The position numbers were made by a program, and so were the translations under genes. 64,000 nucleotides of DNA from Bacteroidota bacterium (GTDB taxonomy: Bacteria; Bacteroidota; Bacteroidia; B-17B0; Aurantibacillaceae), in NCBI GenBank assembly GCA_032229505.1, contig JAVTWD010000030.1:12323-76322 (forward strand). The letters run 5' to 3'. Below, piece by piece: positions 10,753 through 19,708 of this stretch. Below the pieces are notes generated by a model that was not told the origin of the DNA, made no database searches, and saw nothing but the letters and a program-made list of their open reading frames with translations. The number at the start of each line of letters is the position of its first letter. Position 1 is the stretch's first letter.

Positions 10753-13458
10753 ATGGCGAAAAATTTAGTTATAGTTGAGTCCCCGGCAAAAGCCAAAACA
10801 ATAGAAGGATTTTTAGGAAAAGATTTTACAGTTAAATCGAGTTTTGGACACATCAGGGATCTTGTGAAGAAAGGCTTTGGAGTTGATATCGAAAACAATT
10901 TTACACCTACTTATGAAGTTCAGCCCGATAAAGAAAGGGTAATTGACGAATTAAAAAAACTATCTAAAGGAGCCGATATGGTTTGGCTCGCATCCGATGA
11001 GGACCGTGAAGGAGAGGCGATAAGCTGGCATTTATACGAAACTTTAGGTTTAACAAAAAAGAATACAAAACGCATTGTTTTTCACGAGATCACCAAGCCG
11101 GCCATTATGAAGGCTATTGAAAATCCACGTGAAATTGATATTAATTTAGTGAACGCTCAACAAGCGCGCCGTGTATTAGATAGGTTAGTGGGCTTTGAAT
11201 TATCACCAATTTTATGGCGCAAAGTTCGTCCGAGCTTATCTGCAGGTCGTGTACAATCAGTAGCCGTTAGGTTAATTGTTGAACGCGAAAGAGAGATACA
11301 ACAATTTAAATCAACATCATCTTTTAAAGTATCTGCTTTATTTAAAGTGGGTACCGGAATTTTAAAAGCAGAATTAGATAAACGTTTTAATACTGAAGCA
11401 GAAGCACAGGCATTTTTAGAAAAATGTAAAGCAGCTATCTTTACCATTGAAAGTTTAGAGACCAAACCTGCAAAACGTTCGCCGGCTGCACCCTTTACTA
11501 CATCTACTTTACAACAGGAAGCAGCACGTAAATTAGGTTTTTCGGTTGCACAAACCATGCAGGTAGCGCAACGTTTATACGAAGCCGGTAAAATTACTTA
11601 CATGAGAACTGACTCCGTAAATTTATCGGAAACAGCCATGGACCAGGCTAATAAAGCTATCAATGCTAACTACGGCGCAAAATATTATAGTCCGCGTAAA
11701 TACAAAAACAAAAGTAAAGGCGCGCAAGAGGCTCACGAAGCTATTCGCCCTACATATATAGATAGAAGCGCCATTGAAGGCGAGCGCAACGAACAACGTT
11801 TATACGATCTTATCTGGAAACGTACCATTGCTTCGCAAATGAGCGATGCGGAGTTGGAAAAAACAACTGCTAAAGTAAAAGTGAGCGGTGCAACAGAATT
11901 ATTTGTAGCACAGGGTGAAGTATTAAAATTTGATGGTTTCTTAAAAGTATATATGGAAGGAACCGATGATGAAGATACCGATGAAGAAAATTCATCCATG
12001 TTACCACCAATGAAAGTGGGCGAGAAGTTAGAGAGCCAGGAGATAAGCGCTACACAACGTTTCACGCATCACCCTGCAAGATACACTGAAGCTAGTTTGG
12101 TTAAGAAGTTAGAGGAGTTAGGTATTGGTCGTCCGAGTACTTATGCGCCAACTATCAGCACGGTTCAAAAACGTAATTATGTTGAGAAAACAGATAGAGA
12201 AGGTACACCAAGAAATTATGTGCAGTTGATCTTATCAAAAGGAAATTTAAAAAAAGAAACAAGAACAGAAAATACAGGTGCCGAAAAAGCAAAACTATTT
12301 CCAACAGATATTGGAATGGTTGTAAATGATTTCCTGTTGCAATATTTTCCAAACATTTTAGATTTTAATTTTACCGCCAAAGTAGAGGAGGAGTTTGACG
12401 AGATTGCTGAAGGTCATTTGGATTGGCAGAAAATGCTGAAAAGTTTTTACACGCCATTTCATAAAACCGTAGAAACAACTTCAGAGAACAGTGAGCGTGC
12501 AAGCGGCGAAAGAGTTTTAGGAAAAGATCCTGCAAGCGGCAAGCCTGTAAGCGTTAGGATTGGTAGATTTGGTCCTTTAGCGCAAATTGGCGAAACGATT
12601 GAAGGTTCAGAAGAAAAACCACGTTTTGCAAGCTTAAGAAAAACACAAAGTATTGAAACCATTACTTTAGAAGAAGCTTTAGATCTTTTTAAATTACCAA
12701 TGACATTGGGCGTTTATAATGGTAAAGAAGTGATTGTAAATGTTGGTCGTTTTGGCCCGTACATTAAATTAGACGAAGCCTTTATTTCTATTCCAAGAAC
12801 GATAGATCCTTTAAGCATGGATCTTGAAGCAGCAATTGTTATTATTAAGGAAAAAGAACAGGCAGATGCTCCTGTGGCGCATTACAAAGGCAAAGGTGTA
12901 ACAAAAGGCAAAGGCCGTTTTGGCCCGTTCATTAAATACGAAGGCATGTTTATAAATGTGCCGCGCGCTTACGATTTTGATAATCTGTCGCAAAGTGATA
13001 TTAATGAACTGATCGAAAAAAAATTAGAAAAAGAAGCTAACCGTTATATTCAAAACTGGGAAGATGAAAAGATCTCGATAGAGAATGACCGTTGGGGACC
13101 GATCATTAAATTTGGTAAAGTAAAATATAAAATAATTAAAGAAGGTGGGGGTAAATATACACCGGCTGAATTAGGGAAATTGACTTTAGATGAAACAAAA
13201 GCAATTGTTTTATTACAAAACCCAAAAGCATTTGATAAAAAAGGTGCTAAGAAAGGCGCAGCTAAAACAGCGGTTGTAAAAACATTACCAGCTAAAAAAG
13301 CAGTTACCAAAAAAGCAGTAGTTAAAAAGGCTGCAAGTAAAAAAGCAGCGCCGGTTAAAAAAGTTGCAGCAAAAAAATCTGCTTCAACAAACAAAGCGGT
13401 AATAAAAAAAGTAATTAAAAAAGGTGCTGCAAAAAAGAAAGCAGCGAAAAGAAAATAA
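10753..13458 (+). CDS. topA: DNA topoisomerase I with C-terminal repeats and a Lys/Ala-rich tail
   Basis: LVIVESPAKAK, DEDREGE, SAGRVQS, catalytic ITYMRTD, GIGRPSTYA and repeated GRFGP motifs. Confidence 0.97.
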   Translation: MAKNLVIVESPAKAKTIEGFLGKDFTVKSSFGHIRDLVKKGFGVDIENNFTPTYEVQPDKERVIDELKKLSKGADMVWLASDEDREGEAISWHLYETLGLTKKNTKRIVFHEITKPAIMKAIENPREIDINLVNAQQARRVLDRLVGFELSPILWRKVRPSLSAGRVQSVAVRLIVEREREIQQFKSTSSFKVSALFKVGTGILKAELDKRFNTEAEAQAFLEKCKAAIFTIESLETKPAKRSPAAPFTTSTLQQEAARKLGFSVAQTMQVAQRLYEAGKITYMRTDSVNLSETAMDQANKAINANYGAKYYSPRKYKNKSKGAQEAHEAIRPTYIDRSAIEGERNEQRLYDLIWKRTIASQMSDAELEKTTAKVKVSGATELFVAQGEVLKFDGFLKVYMEGTDDEDTDEENSSMLPPMKVGEKLESQEISATQRFTHHPARYTEASLVKKLEELGIGRPSTYAPTISTVQKRNYVEKTDREGTPRNYVQLILSKGNLKKETRTENTGAEKAKLFPTDIGMVVNDFLLQYFPNILDFNFTAKVEEEFDEIAEGHLDWQKMLKSFYTPFHKTVETTSENSERASGERVLGKDPASGKPVSVRIGRFGPLAQIGETIEGSEEKPRFASLRKTQSIETITLEEALDLFKLPMTLGVYNGKEVIVNVGRFGPYIKLDEAFISIPRTIDPLSMDLEAAIVIIKEKEQADAPVAHYKGKGVTKGKGRFGPFIKYEGMFINVPRAYDFDNLSQSDINELIEKKLEKEANRYIQNWEDEKISIENDRWGPIIKFGKVKYKIIKEGGGKYTPAELGKLTLDETKAIVLLQNPKAFDKKGAKKGAAKTAVVKTLPAKKAVTKKAVVKKAASKKAAPVKKVAAKKSASTNKAVIKKVIKKGAAKKKAAKRK

Positions 13459-13481
13459 TTTATAATTCAAAATTTATAATT

Positions 13482-13513
13482 AAAAAGGTAAAACAATTGT
13501 TTTACCTTTTTTT
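13482..13513 (+). terminator. Intrinsic terminator after topA
   Basis: Perfect 30-bp palindrome AAAAAGGTAAAACAA/TTGTTTTACCTTTTT plus extra T residues. Confidence 0.75.
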
Positions 13514-13585
13514 ATTTCTATTTGCTTATAAAGTGTACGTACACAAAGCCTAACCACCTTAAAAAATTTCCGGATGTTTTTTCTC

Positions 13586-13986
13586 GCGTCACTTTTTTCT
13601 TGATAAAAAAGTAACCAAAAAATCAAGGCTTCTTAAAATTTTACTAAAATCTATTTTGCCTCAAGCTGATGATTTAAGCGCTTCGCGAACAGCCAAAATC
13701 ATCTCCCCGCCTGCCGGCCCTTTTTAGGCAAAAAGATTTTTACGTAAAATTTTAAAAGGCCGATCCACCATTGTGTGCTTACGCATACAGTATTTGTTTG
13801 TTTTAACTATGCGTTTAGTTGAACGGGTATAACAATTTTGAGTTTTTGTAGAGATAGAAACGAACCAGCCCCTTCTTCTTTGGAGAAGGCGGGGGATGAG
13901 GCTTGATCGTTTTGGCTATTCTATCGCACGAGCTGGCCTAAATATGCACTGCATATTTATCCTGCGCCAAAAGTGACAAAAGAAAA
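13586..13986. repeat. Modular structured intergenic element, copy 1 (modules A-B1-C-D1-E)
   Basis: Direct sequence identity of blocks with 18141-18708 and with the reverse complements of 36243-36720 and 36028-36225. Contains multiple long inverted repeats. Confidence 0.9.
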
Positions 13987-14025
13987 TATTGAAAAATGTA
14001 AATGTAGATGAAAAGATCATCAGGT

Positions 14026-15042
14026 TTAAGGCCTGTACTTACTCTTACTCAAAATCTTTTGACCATCAGTCTCACTCATTAATTGTTCAAGCGTAACATC
14101 TTTATTATTTTTCATATAACTTCTTACAATTTGCCAGCCCACCCACATAGCAATACGCGGTGGACATTCTTTGCTGATCGTTCCTGTAAAAGGTCCATCG
14201 CTTGTTAACTCTTGCACCGTTTTTAAATTGTTTTCATACAAACGGTTCTTCTCGGCAAAATAGCCCCACAAATTTTTTTCGTTCTCTTTGCAATAGTTCA
14301 TTTGTGCTGAAGTATATCCAATGATCATGCTATCATTTGTGTTTGGCAAAAGTGCGTTAATAGCATAAAATACTTTTCCGTAAAAAATGGTGTGATACAA
14401 CAAAGTGTTCACAGGTTTTTCAGTATCAAATTCAGAAAGTATCCAGCCTTTTGCAAGGTGTGGTAAAATATTTTCCTTATTCATTGTTCTTAACTGGTAC
14501 CTTGGTGTATTCAACATTTGGTAAAATTTTGCAGTATCATTCAAATACATATCAATACCTAATACCAAAGCACTATCCATATATGCGATCGCATAATTAT
14601 AGCCTGTTGTGCAGGTAATTAAACGGGTTGGTAATTTTCTTTTCGGGAAATGGTATTTAAAACGTTTTACACAATTTGTTAATTCGTTGTTTATTTCTTC
14701 AATGGTAACATCGGGGTAAAGTTTCCGCACATAAGAGTAGGTCTCTTTCATATCTTTATCCCGCGTAAATCCCAGGATACTTGGTTTGTATAAGCTGTCG
14801 CGCGTACCACCCGCGTTAAGTGTACCTGCAATATAATGCTCGTAATACGGGCCGTACTTTGCGTTCAGGGCTTTATTCTTTTCTTCAAAATTTGCATCAG
14901 TAAAGCTAAAGATATCATTCTCTAATCTAAGCACCTCAAGGGGTTTCACATCCACGTTTGAGATATCTACATCAAGGGTATTGTTTTTGCATGAATAAAA
15001 AACCAGGATAATAAGTGGGATAAAAAGAATTCTTTTATACAT
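14026..15042 (-). CDS. gldB: Gliding motility lipoprotein GldB
   Basis: Lipobox FYSC, LGIDMYL, IFYGK, DGPFT, PPRIAMWVGWQIVRSYM and C-terminal SKYRP. Confidence 0.88.
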   Translation of the reverse strand: MYKRILFIPLIILVFYSCKNNTLDVDISNVDVKPLEVLRLENDIFSFTDANFEEKNKALNAKYGPYYEHYIAGTLNAGGTRDSLYKPSILGFTRDKDMKETYSYVRKLYPDVTIEEINNELTNCVKRFKYHFPKRKLPTRLITCTTGYNYAIAYMDSALVLGIDMYLNDTAKFYQMLNTPRYQLRTMNKENILPHLAKGWILSEFDTEKPVNTLLYHTIFYGKVFYAINALLPNTNDSMIIGYTSAQMNYCKENEKNLWGYFAEKNRLYENNLKTVQELTSDGPFTGTISKECPPRIAMWVGWQIVRSYMKNNKDVTLEQLMSETDGQKILSKSKYRP

Positions 15043-15054
15043 GAAGTAAATTTT

Positions 15055-15062
15055 TATATTTG
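15055..15062 (+). promoter_or_regulatory. Bacteroidota -7 promoter element
   Basis: TATATTTG matches the TAnnTTTG consensus about 25 nt upstream of the 15087 start. Confidence 0.55.
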
Positions 15063-15086
15063 TAAAGTTAATTATAAAATAAAATA

Positions 15087-15980
15087 ATGATGAAAAAAAT
15101 ACTATTCACGTTTATTTCTATTTGTTTGTTAAGCGTTTTAGTTAATGCGCAAACTGCAACGCCTGCAGAGGGCAATCCTAATTTTGATAAAAAATTCCGT
15201 TTTGGTATCAGGGCTACGCCTCAGCCAACATGGTATAAAAGCGATAATAACAATTCAACCGGAGCAGGTTCTACTTTTGGCTTTGGCTTTGGTTTGATCA
15301 TGGAATTTAAATTATCTAAGATCATTCATTTCTCAACCGGTATTGGTGGTGATTTTGAAGGCGGTTATATCAATTACCGTAACGATGCTGATTTTAGCGT
15401 AAATGCTGTAATGGATAGCGAAGGGCAATATGTAGAAGCAAAAGATGGTGTTAAACAAGATGATTACATGTTGAAGAATGGTAACACGCAATATGTTTTA
15501 CAAGAAAGAAAAGTAAAAACAACGTTTGTATCTGTTCCTTTGGCATTAAAAATGATGACCGAAGAATACAGCGGCGCAAAATATTTTGCTAATGCAGGTC
15601 TTGAATTAGGATTTAAAACTAAGGCGCAGGCAACCGATACTTACGTAAGTGGCAGAACAACTGTTATTGCAGGAACATCTACGACAACACCTGAAGCTGA
15701 GTTATCAAAATCAGGAATTAATATTACAAAAGATGTTATTCCGGTTAGAGCAGGTATGAACCTTGGTATTGGAATGGAATACCGTTTAGGTGGCAGTACT
15801 TCTTTATTATTTTCGGCAAATTACTTCCAATCTTTCACTAATTTAATGAGAAGTGAGTCAAAATATCTTGTAAAAGGGCATGATACTTATTACAGTGCTG
15901 ATAATACCGTAACATTTACACCGCTAAACCAGGGTTTGTATATGCGTGCGGTAAGAATTAACATCGGTCTTTTATTCTAA
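15087..15980 (+). CDS. Outer-membrane beta-barrel protein (PorT/OMP_b-brl-like)
   Basis: Signal peptide ending NA-Q, alternating amphipathic strands, VSVPLALKM motif and a terminal Phe. Confidence 0.75.
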   Translation: MMKKILFTFISICLLSVLVNAQTATPAEGNPNFDKKFRFGIRATPQPTWYKSDNNNSTGAGSTFGFGFGLIMEFKLSKIIHFSTGIGGDFEGGYINYRNDADFSVNAVMDSEGQYVEAKDGVKQDDYMLKNGNTQYVLQERKVKTTFVSVPLALKMMTEEYSGAKYFANAGLELGFKTKAQATDTYVSGRTTVIAGTSTTTPEAELSKSGINITKDVIPVRAGMNLGIGMEYRLGGSTSLLFSANYFQSFTNLMRSESKYLVKGHDTYYSADNTVTFTPLNQGLYMRAVRINIGLLF

Positions 15981-15999
15981 GTTTAATTACCTAATATTT

Positions 16000-16024
16000 A
16001 AGCCACCAATTGGTGGCTTTTTTT
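16000..16024 (+). terminator. Intrinsic terminator
   Basis: AAGCCACCAATTGGTGGCTT palindrome followed by a T run. Confidence 0.75.
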
Positions 16025-16121
16025 GTCGAAATTATGTGGTTTTTTGACGAAAATGGAATAAAAAACAACCTTTTTGTTAAAAAACAAGCAAAAAATAGCT
16101 TTTTTTATATAAAAATACAGT

Positions 16122-16129
16122 TATTTTTG
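16122..16129 (+). promoter_or_regulatory. Bacteroidota -7 promoter element upstream of accB
   Basis: TATTTTTG matches TAnnTTTG about 30 nt before the ATG. Confidence 0.5.
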
Positions 16130-16157
16130 CCCCCACTAACTAACTAAACTTTTAATC

Positions 16158-16652
16158 ATGAAATTAAACGAAATTCAGGATTTAATAAAATTTGTATCAA
16201 AAAGCGGAGTAAGCGAAGTTGAGCTTGAAACAAAGGAAATTAAGATTGTGATCAGAACTCCTAAAAGCGCTGTGCCGGTTGTTATGCAAGCTGCACCCGT
16301 TATTACCACTCCTGCAATTACTACTCCAGTAGCAAATGTTACAAACACGCCGGTAGTAACTGAAAATAAAACTACCACTCCCGTTAACAACAGCGGAGCC
16401 GATGAATCAAAATATGTAACTATTAAATCACCAATGATCGGTACTTTTTACCGTTCGGCTGGTCCTGATAAGCCTGCATTTGTTCAGGTTGGTGATGAGA
16501 TTGCTCCGGGTAAAGCAGTTTGTATTATCGAAGCAATGAAATTATTTAACGAAATTGAAAGCGATGTAAAAGGTAAGATCGTTAAAGTTTTAGTTAACGA
16601 TTCTACACCTGTTGAATACGATCAACCATTATTCCTTGTAGATCCTTCCTAA
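16158..16652 (+). CDS. accB: Acetyl-CoA carboxylase biotin carboxyl carrier protein
   Basis: KSPMIGTFY, biotinylation motif EAMKLFNEI, and a Pro/Thr/Ala linker. Confidence 0.97.
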   Translation: MKLNEIQDLIKFVSKSGVSEVELETKEIKIVIRTPKSAVPVVMQAAPVITTPAITTPVANVTNTPVVTENKTTTPVNNSGADESKYVTIKSPMIGTFYRSAGPDKPAFVQVGDEIAPGKAVCIIEAMKLFNEIESDVKGKIVKVLVNDSTPVEYDQPLFLVDPS

Positions 16653-16723
16653 TTAGACAATGAGTAAATGTGGCAATTTGACAATTCAATTGCCTAATTA
16701 TCAAATTAACTAATTAACTAATT
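16651..16723. repeat. 8-nt periodic repeat forming an imperfect hairpin between accB and accC
   Basis: AAT recurs at 16651/59/67/75/83 and AATT at 16688/96/704/712/720. GGCAATT pairs with AATTGCC. Confidence 0.6.
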
Positions 16724-16731
16724 AAAAAGGT

Positions 16732-18075
16732 ATGTTTAAAAAAATATTAATAGCCAATCGTGGTGAAATTGCCTTAAGGGTAATTCGCACGTGTCGCGAA
16801 ATGGGAATTAAAACGGTTGCTGTTTATTCAACTGCCGATAAAGATTCTTTACACGTTAAGTTTGCCGATGAAGCAGTTTGTATTGGCCCGCCGCCAAGTA
16901 AAGACAGTTACCTTAACATGGCAAACATTATTGCTGCTGCCGAAATTACAAATGCAGATGCAATACACCCGGGTTATGGTTTCTTAAGCGAGAATGCAAA
17001 ATTCTCTGAGATCTGCCGCCAGAATAAAATAAAATTTATTGGTGCAAGTCCTGAGATGATCAATAAAATGGGTGATAAGAGTAATGCCAAAGCTACAATG
17101 ATTGCTGCAGGTGTACCTTGTGTTCCCGGTTCAGTTGGATTATTAGAAAGCGCAGAGCAGGGCATGAAACTCGCAAAAGATATTAAGTATCCTGTAATTA
17201 TTAAAGCTACTGCCGGCGGTGGTGGTAAGGGTATGCGTATCATTTGGAAAGAAGAAGATTTTCAGGCTGCATGGGATAGTGCTACACACGAAGCTACGGC
17301 TGCGTTTGGTAACGGTGCCATGTACATGGAAAAATATATTGAAGAACCTCGCCATATCGAAATTCAAATTGTTGGCGATCAACATGGCAAAGCTTGTCAC
17401 TTAAGTGAGCGTGATTGTTCAATTCAACGTCGTCACCAAAAGTTGGTTGAAGAAACACCTTCTCCATTTATGACGCCTGAGTTGCGCGAAGCTATGGGCG
17501 AAGCTGCTGTTAAAGCTGCTTTATCTATTGGCTACGAAGGTGTAGGTACTGTAGAGTTTTTAGTGGATAAGCACCGTAATTTTTATTTCATGGAAATGAA
17601 TACGCGTATCCAGGTAGAACATCCTATTACCGAAGAAGTAATTAACTACGATTTAATACGCGAACAAATTTTAGTAGCTGCAGGTGTTCCAATTTCAGGA
17701 AAAAATTATTACCCGCAATTACACGCTATTGAGTGCCGCATCAATGCAGAGAATCCTTTTATGAATTTCGTGCCTTCACCGGGTGTTATTACAACCTTAC
17801 ATACACCGGGCGGACACGGCATTCGTGTTGACTCGCACGTTTACAGTGGTTACCGCATTCCACCAAATTATGATAGTATGGTTGGTAAATTAATTACCGT
17901 TGCACAAACACGTGAAGAAGCCATTGCAAAAATGCACCGCGCTTTAAGTGAGTATGTGATTGAAGGCGTTAAAACAACAATTCCTTTCCATTTAAAATTA
18001 ATGCAGAATGATGATTTTAAAGCTGGAAATTATACTACCAAGTTTTTAGAAACCTGGGATTTTAAAAATGCTTAA
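16732..18075 (+). CDS. accC: Acetyl-CoA carboxylase biotin carboxylase subunit
   Basis: [40 protein letters not shown] and [10 protein letters not shown] motifs. Confidence 0.97.
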   Translation: MFKKILIANRGEIALRVIRTCREMGIKTVAVYSTADKDSLHVKFADEAVCIGPPPSKDSYLNMANIIAAAEITNADAIHPGYGFLSENAKFSEICRQNKIKFIGASPEMINKMGDKSNAKATMIAAGVPCVPGSVGLLESAEQGMKLAKDIKYPVIIKATAGGGGKGMRIIWKEEDFQAAWDSATHEATAAFGNGAMYMEKYIEEPRHIEIQIVGDQHGKACHLSERDCSIQRRHQKLVEETPSPFMTPELREAMGEAAVKAALSIGYEGVGTVEFLVDKHRNFYFMEMNTRIQVEHPITEEVINYDLIREQILVAAGVPISGKNYYPQLHAIECRINAENPFMNFVPSPGVITTLHTPGGHGIRVDSHVYSGYRIPPNYDSMVGKLITVAQTREEAIAKMHRALSEYVIEGVKTTIPFHLKLMQNDDFKAGNYTTKFLETWDFKNA

Positions 18076-18077
18076 TC

Positions 18078-18110
18078 AAAAAAGCCTTTACGAGAGCAAA
18101 GGCTTTTTTT
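18078..18110 (+). terminator. Intrinsic terminator after accC
   Basis: AAAAAAGCCTTT / AAAGGCTTTTTTT stem. Confidence 0.75.
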
Positions 18111-18140
18111 AATTAAGAAAAAATTAATGAAATGATTTTT

Positions 18141-18726
18141 GGCGTCACTTTTTTGCTTGATCAAAAAAGTAACCAAAAAAATCAAGGCTCACAAAGAAAT
18201 GCCTTGATTTGTTGTTTCCAATTTTCTTTCGTCGCCTACAAACTCGCTCCTTCGTCGCTCAAACAGCGTAGGCTCTTTGTAATTTTAAAATACAATTCGC
18301 TCAAATACATTATTTAAATTAATTTTAAAATTACCGGTGGTTAGAAAATTGAAACACAAATCATACAGCATTTCTTTGAGGCCGACTCACTAGGTGTGCT
18401 TACGGGTAAAGTATTTTTGCAGTTTAATTCTGCGGTTAGTTGAACGGGTGCTGCAATTTTGATCTTTTGCAGAGATAGATGCGAGCTAAGCTAGGCGTTT
18501 AGATAATTATGCATGCAGAAAAGTGCTTAGCGAGGCAGCGGTTTTTCTTTCGCTGTCTCTAAGTCGCGAAAGAAAAAATATCCTTCAAAAGACGTCAAAT
18601 GTGTTTTACACATTTGAGCGAGCTTGTGTGAAAGCGCGTTTTGCTTTGCACATGCTGGCCTAAATATGCACTGCATATTTATCCTGCGCCAAAAGTGACA
18701 AAAGAAAAAATCAAGCAAAAAAGTGA
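18141..18726. repeat. Modular structured intergenic element, copy 2 (modules A-B2-C-D2-E)
   Basis: Shares modules A, C and E with copies 1 and 3, and B2 with copy 3. It is bounded by a perfect 17-bp inverted repeat (18145-18161 / 18710-18726). Confidence 0.9.
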
Positions 18727-18765
18727 GGGCAGAAATTAGTTTAAGTTTTTATTTCAAAAATATAG

Positions 18766-19647
18766 TTACAATATCAGAGAAATGAAGAACACAATTTTCG
18801 CCATTAAATTTTGTTTTAATAAGGGTTTATTTTCTTTTTCCGGTTCTTGTGTCCAACCAATAGTATACGCAGTATAATCACTTATATAATAAGTTGTGCA
18901 ATCATAATTTTTACCTATTCCTGTATTCATAACTTCTTGTTTTAGTTCTTTTTTTACAAGACGTCGTCTTTTGCCAAACCAGTATTTATGTATGTACAGG
19001 TCGGGTGCTCCTAAATAGTGAATGCTTTCGTGAGCAATGGTTCGTGATTTATTATGTCCTATATAAGTTTCTCCTCGCGAATAAAATCCATTTATCTTAC
19101 TTTTTTTTGCTTTTATAAGGTGAATAACAATAAGTTGATTGGGCGCAACCGATTTATTTAGATTGCGTTTTTTAATAATATTACAAATAGAAGGGTCTTT
19201 TATTTGTTTTGTAATGGAGTCAAAAAGTGCATTCTTCCAATTAATTTTTTCTATTTTCTCTTCCTGATTTTTAGTTTTTTTTCTTGTATCTACTTTAAAA
19301 TAATTTTTCAAAAGAAGTCTTTGAACACTGCTACTTGGCAATTTATGAATAAACGTATTTTTTAAGTTTGTGTCTTTATTAACCGGCCAGTACTCTTTAA
19401 AAATAAGTCGTTGTTTTTTTCTTGAAGCTTCTTCGCTTATCCAGTCATAAGCTTTTTTTGATTCTCTTATAAATGAATTTGCCAAAGCAGTATCTGCAAT
19501 TTTGTTTTTATTGCCCGAAACAATAAAGTGGTAAACATTAACTGAGTCTTTAATTGGGCGCTTTTGTAATGGCACAGGAATTTTAATCAGGAAGCACGAA
19601 TTTAAGAATAGCAGAGAAAAACTTAAATAAATACTTCTAAAAGGCAT
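18766..19647 (-). CDS. Hypothetical lipoprotein with a zincin HExxH motif
   Basis: Possible lipobox LNSC and AHESIHYLGAPDLY, which resembles HExxHxxGxxDLY of M6-like metallopeptidases. Confidence 0.55.
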   Translation of the reverse strand: MPFRSIYLSFSLLFLNSCFLIKIPVPLQKRPIKDSVNVYHFIVSGNKNKIADTALANSFIRESKKAYDWISEEASRKKQRLIFKEYWPVNKDTNLKNTFIHKLPSSSVQRLLLKNYFKVDTRKKTKNQEEKIEKINWKNALFDSITKQIKDPSICNIIKKRNLNKSVAPNQLIVIHLIKAKKSKINGFYSRGETYIGHNKSRTIAHESIHYLGAPDLYIHKYWFGKRRRLVKKELKQEVMNTGIGKNYDCTTYYISDYTAYTIGWTQEPEKENKPLLKQNLMAKIVFFISLIL

Positions 19648-19708
19648 TCTCTTAATTTTGTTTCGTAATTTTAAATAAATATAATTAATTTTAAAATTGT
19701 TATACTAA

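Noticed and set aside
11157-13394. Long antisense ORFs within topA, and similar ones within accC, scpA, macroglobulin and miaB
   Set aside because: They fully overlap well-supported genes on the opposite strand and carry no recognisable motifs.
13586-13986. Autonomous IS element, tRNA, rRNA fragment or known riboswitch as the identity of the repeat
   Set aside because: There is no transposase ORF, cloverleaf or rRNA signature, and the copies sit at gene 3' ends rather than in leaders. I found no clear target-site duplication by eye. An Rfam search is still needed.
18132-18718. Short ORFs 18132-18317 (+) and 18527-18718 (-), and likewise 36513-36722 (-)
   Set aside because: They lie entirely within the structured repeat. 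Reading frames are not preserved between copies while base pairing is, so they are not credible proteins.
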